A stretch of DNA of 32,000 bases from Gemmata obscuriglobus (GCF_008065095.1 NZ_CP042911.1:540001-572000); one strand, 5' to 3'. Counted from the stretch's first letter, positions 9,300 through 17,065 are shown. Numbers and translations: made by a program. Notes: generated by a model not told the origin, from the sequence alone.

Positions 9300-12187
9300 A
9301 CACGCGCAGAACCGCAACCCGGCCGGACCTGCCGGACCCGAACAACGACCCGCGGTTGCTCGCGTACCTGCGGTCGGTGAACGACTGGCACGGGTACATG
9401 CGTTTCCTTGGGTTGCCGCACCTGCACGAAACCCCGGATGAGCCACTGTCGCGGTTGTTCGTGGAGCCTTACGTTCACGGTGCGTACCACCGCGCCGATG
9501 AGCCCACGAAAGCGTGGGAAAAGGGGCGGCACCGGCTGATCGACCTGTTCGATGCGAAGAACCCGAATGTCGTACTGTTGGGCGACCCCGGTGCCGGCAA
9601 ATCGACGCTATTGAACTGGGTAGCGTGGAACTTTACCCGCTGGGATGGGGGAGAGTGGCTGGACAAGTTCGGTCCAATGGTGCCGATTCCACTCGTAATC
9701 CGCGAACTGGCTGTTACCCGCGACATCACCTGGAACTCGTTGTGTGACAAGTTTCTGGAGCATGGCGTCGCGAAGGACAAGCTCACCCGTACTGAGTTCG
9801 ATGCAATATTTGCACGTGGGCAGGCGTTCGTACTGGTGGACGGGTTGGATGAACTGTCCGATCTGGAGGTACGAAAGGCATTGAGGGCAGCAATTGCTGA
9901 GGGCATCGCGCGAGCACAATTTCCGCGGATTAATAAGGACAGGCATCTGCCACCCTGGCTTCTAACCTCGCGCATAGTCGGATACGACGAGGTACCATAC
10001 GACGTCCCCACGGATTGGTCCTCACCTGAGCAGGATGCCGATTCAGAAGAGAGCGTCACTCGATCAGCCGAGACGCTCTCTGGACGGACGAACGTACTGT
10101 TGGCACCGGCCCGAGGGCTGAGCGGAGAATTAATGGTTCCAATGCGTCGAGCGTATTGCTGCCCGTTCGACGACAGACAGGTAGATCAGTTTGCACGAAC
10201 GTGGTTCATGGCGAGAGAGACTAAAGGTACGACCGAAGGTACACGCCTTGCAAGCGAGTTCCTCAGCCGGCTGCGATCTGAAGGAGGGCCACTTGCGTTG
10301 GCTCGAATTCCGAACCTACTCACGCTGTTCGCGCTGGTGTACAAGGTGCAACTTGACCTGCCCCATGGTCGGGCGAAACTGTACGACAAAGTTGCCGAAG
10401 CATACCTGGAGTCGATCGACAAGTCACGCGGATTTCTCCCCAGATTTACCCGTGACCGGATGGAAATGTGGCTAGCGTTCGTCGCATTCCACCTCCAAAC
10501 CCGCCGTGCCGCGAACGCAAAGCAAAGAAGCCGCCAGCAAGCGCGGGAAATCCTTATCGGACGAGAAGAACTGCTCAAGCTTCTCGTCGATGAGATGCCA
10601 AAAGTGGGTGGCGCCCCGAGCCGCTCCGAGGCAGAGCAATTCCTTGATTATGTTGCTCGGCGTAGCGGGCTCTTGCTACCCAGGGGCGAGGGGCGATATG
10701 CGTTCATGCATTTGTCATTCCAAGAGTATTTTGCCGCTCGATGCCTTGAGAATCAAATTGCCTCTCCAAAGTGGGTGCGAGGCCGCGATCTGTACCCAGG
10801 CACATCGCGCGACTCGCTGAACGACTATGCCGATAGTGCGGCGTGGACTGAAACGATGCTACTTTTGTTCGAGCGATTGAGTGAGAGGCCGCAGTGGGCT
10901 GAGGAGTTGCGAGAAGCGCTGTTCGGTCCCCGGTATGAGCTACCCAATGATGACACGGTTTCAGAATCGCGAGTACGACTGCTAGCGGAAATACTGATCG
11001 ACCCCTACACTGGGTTGGAATCTCACGAACGCGAGCGAGATTTGCTGACAATCATTGGCTGGATGTTGCACAGCCAACAGCGAGAGCCCTCCAAAAAGCG
11101 GCACGAAAACGCTCTGCCAGTTATTCTCCGGCGCTCAGGGTTCGATCCCGACAAACGCCTTGAGATGCTCTGGACCCAAATACGCCGAGGACTATCTCTT
11201 CGACGTCTTGTGTTGAGCAAAACAGATATAGCTGATCTGTCCCCTCTAGCACCCCTTACGGCGTTAGAGGAGCTGGATCTGAGCGGCTGTGCGGGGGTAT
11301 CGGACCTGTCCCCGCTGGCCAATCTCACCGCCTTACGGTTCCTGGACCTGAGCGGCTGCGCGGGGGGGGCAGACCTGTCCCCGCTGGCCAATCTCACCGC
11401 CTTACGGTTCCTGGACCTGAGCGGCTGCGCGGGGGTGTCGGACCTGGCCCCGCTGGCCAACCTCACGGCGTTAGAGGGCCTGAACCTGCGCGGCTGCGCG
11501 GGGGTGTCGGACCTGTCCCCGCTGGCCAACCTCACGGGATTGCGGCACCTGAACCTGAGCGGCTGTGCGGGGTGGGCGGACCTGTCCCCGCTGGCCAACC
11601 TCACGGGATTGCGGCACCTGAACCTGAACGGCTGCACGGGGGTGTCGGACCTGTCCCCGCTAGCACCCCTTACGGCGTTAGAGGAGCTGGACCTGAGCGG
11701 CTGTGCGGGGGTATCGGACCTGTCCCCGCTGGCCAACCTCACGGCGTTAGAGGGCCTGGACCTGAGTGGCTGCGCGGGGGTGTCAGACCTGTCCCCGCTG
11801 GCACCACACACCGCCTTACGGTTCCTGGACCTGAGCGGCTGTGCGGGGGTGTCGTGCCTGTCCCCACTGGCACCACACACCGCCTTACGGTTCCTGGACC
11901 TGAGCGGCTGTGCGGGTGTGTCGGACCTGTCCCCGCTGGCCAACCTCACGGCGTTAGAGGACCTGGACCTGAGCGGCTGCGCGGGTGTGTCGGACCTGTC
12001 CCCGCTGGCCAACCTCACGGCGTTAGAAGGCCTGGACCTGAGTGGCTGCACGGGGGTGTTGGACCTGTCCCCGCTGGCACCACTCACCGCCCTACAGTTC
12101 CTGGACCTGGGCGGCTGCGCAAGTGCATTAAGTATCCCTGACGAGCTACAGCGCCGTGGTGTTGTGATAATGAGGCCATCGGCGTAG
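9296..12187 (+). CDS. NACHT-family STAND NTPase with C-terminal leucine-rich repeats (NLR-like architecture)
   Basis: ATG at 9296 overlaps the KAP stop (ATGA, 9296-9299). Walker A is VVLLGDPGAGKSTLLNW (about 9581-9607). Walker B is FVLVDGLDEL. Sensor-1-like motif LLTSR. CCPFDDRQVDQFARTWF block. Helical middle region. Then one degenerate and twelve full 23-aa LRR units (LxxLxLsGCaGVsDLSPLAnLTa). Confidence 0.9.
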   Translation: MNTRRTATRPDLPDPNNDPRLLAYLRSVNDWHGYMRFLGLPHLHETPDEPLSRLFVEPYVHGAYHRADEPTKAWEKGRHRLIDLFDAKNPNVVLLGDPGAGKSTLLNWVAWNFTRWDGGEWLDKFGPMVPIPLVIRELAVTRDITWNSLCDKFLEHGVAKDKLTRTEFDAIFARGQAFVLVDGLDELSDLEVRKALRAAIAEGIARAQFPRINKDRHLPPWLLTSRIVGYDEVPYDVPTDWSSPEQDADSEESVTRSAETLSGRTNVLLAPARGLSGELMVPMRRAYCCPFDDRQVDQFARTWFMARETKGTTEGTRLASEFLSRLRSEGGPLALARIPNLLTLFALVYKVQLDLPHGRAKLYDKVAEAYLESIDKSRGFLPRFTRDRMEMWLAFVAFHLQTRRAANAKQRSRQQAREILIGREELLKLLVDEMPKVGGAPSRSEAEQFLDYVARRSGLLLPRGEGRYAFMHLSFQEYFAARCLENQIASPKWVRGRDLYPGTSRDSLNDYADSAAWTETMLLLFERLSERPQWAEELREALFGPRYELPNDDTVSESRVRLLAEILIDPYTGLESHERERDLLTIIGWMLHSQQREPSKKRHENALPVILRRSGFDPDKRLEMLWTQIRRGLSLRRLVLSKTDIADLSPLAPLTALEELDLSGCAGVSDLSPLANLTALRFLDLSGCAGGADLSPLANLTALRFLDLSGCAGVSDLAPLANLTALEGLNLRGCAGVSDLSPLANLTGLRHLNLSGCAGWADLSPLANLTGLRHLNLNGCTGVSDLSPLAPLTALEELDLSGCAGVSDLSPLANLTALEGLDLSGCAGVSDLSPLAPHTALRFLDLSGCAGVSCLSPLAPHTALRFLDLSGCAGVSDLSPLANLTALEDLDLSGCAGVSDLSPLANLTALEGLDLSGCTGVLDLSPLAPLTALQFLDLGGCASALSIPDELQRRGVVIMRPSA
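11198..12130 (+). repeat. Tandem 69-bp coding repeats (LRR cassettes) inside the NACHT gene
   Basis: Twelve full units start at 11264 with an exact 69-nt period (11264, 11333, ... 12023). A degenerate unit lies at each end. Long stretches are identical between units. Confidence 0.9.
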
Positions 12188-12453
12188 TACTTTGCAAAGT
12201 GGTAGAAGGTGTGCTGGACCGCACATACCGCGCAACGCGCCGAACTCAGTTTTCACCACGTCCCTGGCAGGCCACTTCCGTGTTTCACAATGTGCGTGGG
12301 TTTGGGGCACCCCAGGCCTGCGGGCGCCGGCGGCTCTCGGCCGGCGCCCACAGGAGACGGGATAATTAAGTGGCCCAATCTGAGGCGTGGAATGGCCCGG
12401 CAGGATAGGACCTGTGGAGCGCGGGGCCGTCGCTGCCTCAACCCGGAGCGGAG

Positions 12454-13236
12454 TTACGGCTTGGGGGACACGTCGAAGTCGGTGGGCTTCAGCTCGGTGG
12501 TCGGACCGGCGATCTCGATCGGGTCGCCGGCGCGGCCCTTTACCCCGCCGCGGAGGCCGTTCTCGTGCCAGTACGCGATGCGGAACTTGCCCACGGGGGC
12601 GTTCTTGATCTCGAAGTTCCCGTTCTCGTCGGTGACCGCGTAGTACGGGTGATCGAACACGCGCACATAGCCGACCATCCACGGGTGAACGGAGCACTTG
12701 TAGGGGATTGGTGGGGATTCTTTTACCAGCGCGTTCGGCATCTTCCAGTCGGTCTGCTTGGCGATGTTCGGGTTGTGGGACCCATTGTTGCCGCTTTCCC
12801 AGTAGAAGTTGTGCGCCACCGGGGACGGATTCTTCACCACCAGCGTGTCGCCCACCCGGGCCACGGTGACGCGCTTCACGAACACGCAGCACGGTTGGTC
12901 GATCACCACTTCCGCCGGCTTCCGCTTGGCGTCATCCGGGTGGATCTGCTGCGGCGTGAACTCGGCGGTCAGTTTGGCGTCGTCCGGGCGCAGGTACACG
13001 ACCACGTTCTTGATGCCCCGGTTCTTCGGGTTCACCAGCACCGACTCGTCGAGCAATTGTCCCTTGCTCAGGCAGTGCTCTTTGTCCTGGGTGACGTTGA
13101 GCGTACCGGGCTTCGGCAGGTTCGCGTCCTGTGGGAACACGACCCGGCCTTTCACCGTGGCCCACTTGTCTTTGTCGTCCGCGCCCGCAACGGCCGCGAG
13201 CGCGCAGCACCACACGCACGACATGAGAAGTCGCAT
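12454..13236 (-). CDS. Secreted cupredoxin-like protein with a C-terminal beta-sandwich (carboxypeptidase-regulatory-like) region
   Basis: ATG at 13236 (MRLLMSCVWCCALAAVAGA signal). PVAHNF and YKCSVHPWMVGYVRV give a His...Cys-x2-His-x2-Met pattern like the amicyanin-type blue-copper site. This is followed by FDHPYYAVTDENGNFEIKNAPVGKFRIAYWHE. The track ORF (to 14700) is an artefactual upstream extension. Confidence 0.8.
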   Translation of the reverse strand: MRLLMSCVWCCALAAVAGADDKDKWATVKGRVVFPQDANLPKPGTLNVTQDKEHCLSKGQLLDESVLVNPKNRGIKNVVVYLRPDDAKLTAEFTPQQIHPDDAKRKPAEVVIDQPCCVFVKRVTVARVGDTLVVKNPSPVAHNFYWESGNNGSHNPNIAKQTDWKMPNALVKESPPIPYKCSVHPWMVGYVRVFDHPYYAVTDENGNFEIKNAPVGKFRIAYWHENGLRGGVKGRAGDPIEIAGPTTELKPTDFDVSPKP

Positions 13237-13268
13237 CGGAGCACCTCGGAAATCAGGAACGGGGAGGG

Positions 13269-14837
13269 TTACGGAGTCGGCCAGTCGTCGCTCTCGAACT
13301 CGATCGGGCCGAGTTCGATGGGGCCGCTCCCGCCGTCGGGAACGGTGAGTTTTGCGCCGAGTCGGCTCGCGGCGCGGTAGCCGGCAACCTCGTGCCACAC
13401 GACAAGGCGCCACGCGCCCGCGGGCACGCCCTTCAGCTCGAACCGCCCGTCGGCGCCCGTGACGGCGAAGTACGGGTGGTCGAACGCCCACACGCAGCCG
13501 CGCATCCACGGGTAGATGTCCGAGCGGTACACGTCCGGGACGCGCAGGGCCGGGAGCGGCTTGGCAGTGTGCGCCACGCCCTTTCCGAGCAGCACGTTGA
13601 AGTCGCGGGCGCCGTCGTCGGTCGGGGCGTAGTGGACGTTGGTCGGCACCGGGAGCCGGTTCTCGAACACCACCGCGTCGCCGGCCCGGGCCGCAACCAC
13701 GCGGGGGCGGAACTGCCCGGCCGCCGCGATTACCGCGTGCGTCTGCGGCCTCGCGCCGGCGAGCGCAGGGTGAACCCGCTCGGCCGGGAACTCGGCCCGG
13801 CGGTCGGTCGAGTCCGGTCGCAGCCAGACGACAGCGTCCGCGATCCCGCGGTTGCCCGCGTTCACGCGGACGCCCTCGTCGAACAGAGGGGCGAACGGCT
13901 CCCACACGCTCGCGTCCTTGAGCGCCGCCGTCGCCAGGGCCGTCGGGTTCGGCGCCGCGTGCCCCTTCGGGAACACGACTCGGCCCGACACGGTCGCCCA
14001 CGGAACGCGCTCGGCGGTGTGCGGGGCCACTTCCGCGGGGGCCGTGGCCTGCGCGGAAGCGGTCGGCGCGGCGTCGCTCGCGAACCCGTGCGCCAGCCCG
14101 CCGACCGCGAGCGCCACCGAGGTCAGTAGCGCGGCCGCCTTCAGCCCGACTCCCCGGACCAGCACCTCGTTCGCGAGTACCGTCGCCGCCGGAGACGGCT
14201 TCAGTGCCGGGACCGCGGCCCGCGCCGGCGCCCCGAGTCCGCCCACGAGCAGCCCCGCCCCGAGCGTCACGCCCCGGCGGGCGAGGCGCGAGCGCAGGAG
14301 TTCCTTGCCGCTTTCGAGTCGGCGGCGCAGGGTGCTGACGCTCCACCCCAGTTCGCGCGCCGCCTCGTCCTGGGTGCGCTCTTCGAGGAAGCACGCGACC
14401 AGCGCCGCCCGCATCTCCTCGGGCATCGTTCCCAGCTCTTCGTCGAGGACGCACAGGAGGTCGCTGAAATCGCTGCCCGGGGCGCCCGCTTCCGCCGCCG
14501 GCTGAGCGGCGCGGGCCTCGCGCCGCTCGCGCCGGTGCTCGTGCCGGCGGGCGGCCGACCCGACCCGCCGCGCGGTCCCGAACAGCCACCCGCCGACGGA
14601 CGCCGCCTCGACCGCCTTCTGCGGCGCGCGGGCGAGTACCAGGAACACGGCCTGGAACGCGTCCTCGGCGAGGTGGGCGTCGCGGACCGCCCGGCGGCAC
14701 ACGCCGAACACGAGGCGGCCGTGCCGCTTCACGAGCTGCTCGAACGCGTCCTCGTCGTGCTGCTCCGCGAACCGCGCCAGCAGCGTGCGGTCGTCGAGCG
14801 CGAGGAGCGGGTTCAAAAACGGGGTGCGAGCGGACAT
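13269..14837 (-). CDS. ECF (sigma-70 family) sigma factor fused to hydrophobic segment(s) and a cupredoxin-like C-terminal domain
   Basis: Region 2: HGRLVFGVCRRAVRDAHLAEDAFQAVFLVLAR. Region 4: TQDEAARELGWSVSTLRRRLESGKELLRSRLARRG. Hydrophobic stretches VTLGAGLLVGGLGAPA and AAALLTSVALAVGGLAHGF. The C-terminal 250 aa are paralogous to the product of 12454..13236 (WATVSGRVVFP, NRGIADAVVWLRPD, PWMRGCVWAFDHPYFAVTGADGRFELKGVPAG). Confidence 0.85.
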   Translation of the reverse strand: MSARTPFLNPLLALDDRTLLARFAEQHDEDAFEQLVKRHGRLVFGVCRRAVRDAHLAEDAFQAVFLVLARAPQKAVEAASVGGWLFGTARRVGSAARRHEHRRERREARAAQPAAEAGAPGSDFSDLLCVLDEELGTMPEEMRAALVACFLEERTQDEAARELGWSVSTLRRRLESGKELLRSRLARRGVTLGAGLLVGGLGAPARAAVPALKPSPAATVLANEVLVRGVGLKAAALLTSVALAVGGLAHGFASDAAPTASAQATAPAEVAPHTAERVPWATVSGRVVFPKGHAAPNPTALATAALKDASVWEPFAPLFDEGVRVNAGNRGIADAVVWLRPDSTDRRAEFPAERVHPALAGARPQTHAVIAAAGQFRPRVVAARAGDAVVFENRLPVPTNVHYAPTDDGARDFNVLLGKGVAHTAKPLPALRVPDVYRSDIYPWMRGCVWAFDHPYFAVTGADGRFELKGVPAGAWRLVVWHEVAGYRAASRLGAKLTVPDGGSGPIELGPIEFESDDWPTP

Positions 14838-14912
14838 CGGCGGGGTTCCCGGCGGGCTTCTACCCCATCATGTCCGCCCAGGCCGCGAAGTGTTCAGAAA
14901 AACGGAGCGAGC

Positions 14913-15128
14913 AAGCACGGAAGCAAAGGCAGATTGGCCGCAAAGAAGCACGGGAGCAAAGGCAGATTGGCCACAAAAAAGCACAAAGGGCACAAAAGAA
15001 AACCAAAGGCCAAAGCAGAAGAAGTGTTTTGAACTCACTCTTTTGTCTTGGTCTTCTGTCTTCTTTTGTGCCCTTTGTGCTTTTTTGTGGCCAATCTGCC
15101 TTTGCTCCCGTGCTTCTTTGCGGCCAAT
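14913..15128. repeat. REP/MITE-like palindromic element, family A (core aagcacaaagggcacaaaagaaaacc)
   Basis: 14933..15000 is the exact reverse complement of 15061..15128 (68 bp, 60-bp spacer). An extra direct copy of the aagcacgg(a/g)agcaaaggcagattggcc module lies at 14913-14939. The element lies between the manA stop and the ECF sigma start. Confidence 0.9.
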
Positions 15129-15146
15129 CCTCTTCTTCTTCCCGGC

Positions 15147-16142
15147 TCAAGCCGGAAGGCCGCATTCGAGGAGCGTGAGTTGGGTCGCCGGAACGGCCGT
15201 CACGGCGCCCACTTCGGCGGGGAGCAGGTACACGTCGCCGGTGCGGAGCGGGTAACTGTTCCCGCCCCACTCCAGCGCCCCGCTGCCGCCGACGCACACG
15301 ACCGCGCGGCACGCGTCCGCCGCCCCGGCGCGGAACGGCGCGGCGCCCGTCCGCCGCTCCAGCGTGAAGTACTCGCACGACACCAGTGTCTCGCGCCGGG
15401 CGGCGCCGTCCGCCGCCGCCGACGGGCGCACCGGGTGGCACGGGCCGCGGCCGAAGTCCGCGCACCCCAGCCCCTCATCAATGTGGAGCTGCCGCGGCTG
15501 CTTGGTCTTCGCGTCCACGCGGTCCCAGTCGTAGAGCCGGTACGTGATGTCGCTCGTCTGCTGCACCTCGAACAGCAGCAGGTCCGCCCCGATTGCGTGG
15601 ACGGTGCCGGCCTCGAGGAACACGCAGTCGCCGACCTCGGGGGTGAAGCTGTGCAGCGTGCCCGGGGTGGTTTTCGCGTCGAGCGCGGCGCGGAAGGCGG
15701 ACGCGCACACGCCCTCGGCGAACCCGGCGTACAGCCGACTGGTCGCGGGGTCGCGGTCCAGCACCACCCAGGCCTCGGTCTTGCCGAACTTCCCGGGGCC
15801 GAGCAGCGCCGCCTGCTGGTCGTTCGGGTGGACCTGGACGGACAGTTCCTGGCGGGCGTCGAGGAACTTGAGCAGCAGCGGGAACCGCCCCTGCGGGGCC
15901 TTCGCACCGCCCACCACGCGCTCCGGGGCGTCGGCGAGCAGCTCGCGCAGCGTGCGCCCGGCGAGCGGCCCGTCGGTGACGCGGCTGGGGCTCCCGTCCA
16001 CGTCGCTGAGCACCCACGCCTCGCCCACCGGGTCGTCGTGACTGACGGTGCGATTCAGGTACGCCGGGAGGCGCCGGCCGCCCCACAGGTTGGTGGTGAA
16101 GATCGGGTCGAACCGGAGCGGGTAGAGCGGCGGGCGCGCCAT
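15147..16142 (-). CDS. manA: Type I phosphomannose isomerase (cupin)
   Basis: ATG at 16142 (MARPPLYPLRFDPIF). Motifs WGG, GEAWVLSD, LLKFLDARQELSVQVHPND, GKTEAWVVL, LEAGTVHAIG, LFEVQQTSDITYRLYDW. The track ORF extends artefactually to 16400. Confidence 0.85.
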   Translation of the reverse strand: MARPPLYPLRFDPIFTTNLWGGRRLPAYLNRTVSHDDPVGEAWVLSDVDGSPSRVTDGPLAGRTLRELLADAPERVVGGAKAPQGRFPLLLKFLDARQELSVQVHPNDQQAALLGPGKFGKTEAWVVLDRDPATSRLYAGFAEGVCASAFRAALDAKTTPGTLHSFTPEVGDCVFLEAGTVHAIGADLLLFEVQQTSDITYRLYDWDRVDAKTKQPRQLHIDEGLGCADFGRGPCHPVRPSAAADGAARRETLVSCEYFTLERRTGAAPFRAGAADACRAVVCVGGSGALEWGGNSYPLRTGDVYLLPAEVGAVTAVPATQLTLLECGLPA

Positions 16143-16389
16143 TCGTGTCTCTCGTGCTCGCGCGGGCCGCGCGGCGCGGGCCGGGTCCGCCCCCGGGCCG
16201 CACCATCTCACGCGCCGCCGATCGCGCTCGTTTCGTTCCCTACCAGATATAGGCGTCCGGGCACGCGCCAACAATGCGAACCGGGGCGCAAGTCGGCCGT
16301 TGCGGCCCGTTACTTGAGTGAATCTGGCGGGAGCAGAAAACCGCCGGGAAACCTCAAGCTCTCGACTCCGAGTCGGGAAGGAAATACCG

Positions 16390-16689
16390 ATGATTCGCAA
16401 ACTGATTCTGGGGGCGGTGGCGGCGGCGGCGGTCGGGTTCGGCGGGGCCTCCGCGACGGCGGGCGAGCCGGTGCGCGGGCCGATCGGCGGGCCGCTGGAC
16501 GTCGGGTTCGTGCCCCCGGGTCACCCGCGCCACGACCACGACTATGTGGTGCTAATCCGGCACTTCGGGCACTGGGACCGGTACGGGCGGTACGAGACCC
16601 GGCACGAGGCCGAGCGCGTGGCCCGGCGCCTGGAGCGCGACGGCCGCCGCGTGCGGATCGAGGTGGTCGAGGACCGGCGCCGGTGGTGA
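16390..16689 (+). CDS. Small secreted hypothetical protein (His/Arg-rich)
   Basis: ATG at 16390 after GGAAGGAAA. Signal-like MIRKLILGAVAAAAVGFGGASATAG. 99 aa, GC3-rich. Confidence 0.55.
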   Translation: MIRKLILGAVAAAAVGFGGASATAGEPVRGPIGGPLDVGFVPPGHPRHDHDYVVLIRHFGHWDRYGRYETRHEAERVARRLERDGRRVRIEVVEDRRRW

Positions 16690-17010
16690 GCGAACTCGGG
16701 ACGCGCACCGTCCCGGCCGCTTGCCGCCGGAACCGGGTGGCGGGTAGCGGCCGGGACGGGTTCGAAATAAATCGGCGCACACCGCGAACCCGTCGGTGTG
16801 CGCCGCGTCTATATCTGCGACGACATCACCATCGAAATAGGACGCCTCCCATGACCGGGTTCATGAATAAACCGCGAAACCCGCAACGCCCGCAGCCGCA
16901 ACGGCGCGGGTTCGGGTTCGGGCGGTTTAATCGCCCCGGACAGTTCCCGAACCGCCCCCGCGCTCAACAGACCGGGTGACGCCAGGCACCGACCGCCTTC
17001 AGCACACGCT

Positions 17011-17065
17011 GAACGCACCGTCGGCCGGGCGTCTCCCATCGAGACGCCCGGCCGACGGTGCGTTC
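17011..17065. other. Perfect 25-bp stem / 5-nt loop hairpin (function unknown)
   Basis: 17011..17035 (gaacgcaccgtcggccgggcgtctc) is the exact reverse complement of 17041..17065. No U-tract follows on either strand. It sits 23 nt upstream of the first tRNA. Confidence 0.6.

Noticed and set aside
11023-12087. 354-aa minus-strand ORF with the repeated peptide SGDRSDTPAQPLRS, and the possibility that the 69-bp repeats are a CRISPR array
   Set aside because: The minus-strand ORF is the antisense reading of the LRR cassettes. The repeats are contiguous with no unique spacers, are in frame with the NACHT gene, and encode canonical LxxLxL units.
12189-12200. 12-bp perfect palindrome ACTTTGCAAAGT immediately after the NACHT stop codon
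   Set aside because: It is too short to distinguish from chance, and no partner site or loop is present.
12322-12349. GC-rich hairpin (10-bp stem gggcgccggc/gccggcgccc) between the NACHT gene and the cupredoxin gene as an intrinsic terminator
   Set aside because: No U-tract follows on either strand, and it lies more than 100 nt from either stop codon. I could not support a terminator call.
13237-14700. Upstream extension of ORF 12454..14700 (748 aa)
   Set aside because: The extension is an Arg/Gly/Pro-rich off-frame reading of the ECF sigma gene. The real gene starts at the ATG at 13236, which carries a signal peptide.
15048-16979. 643-aa plus-strand ORF across the manA region; also small ORFs 14870..15178, 25935..26162 and 25918..26313 inside REP elements
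   Set aside because: The long ORF is antisense to a clear PMI frame. The small ORFs are translations of palindromic repeats, so the same peptide motifs appear on both strands.
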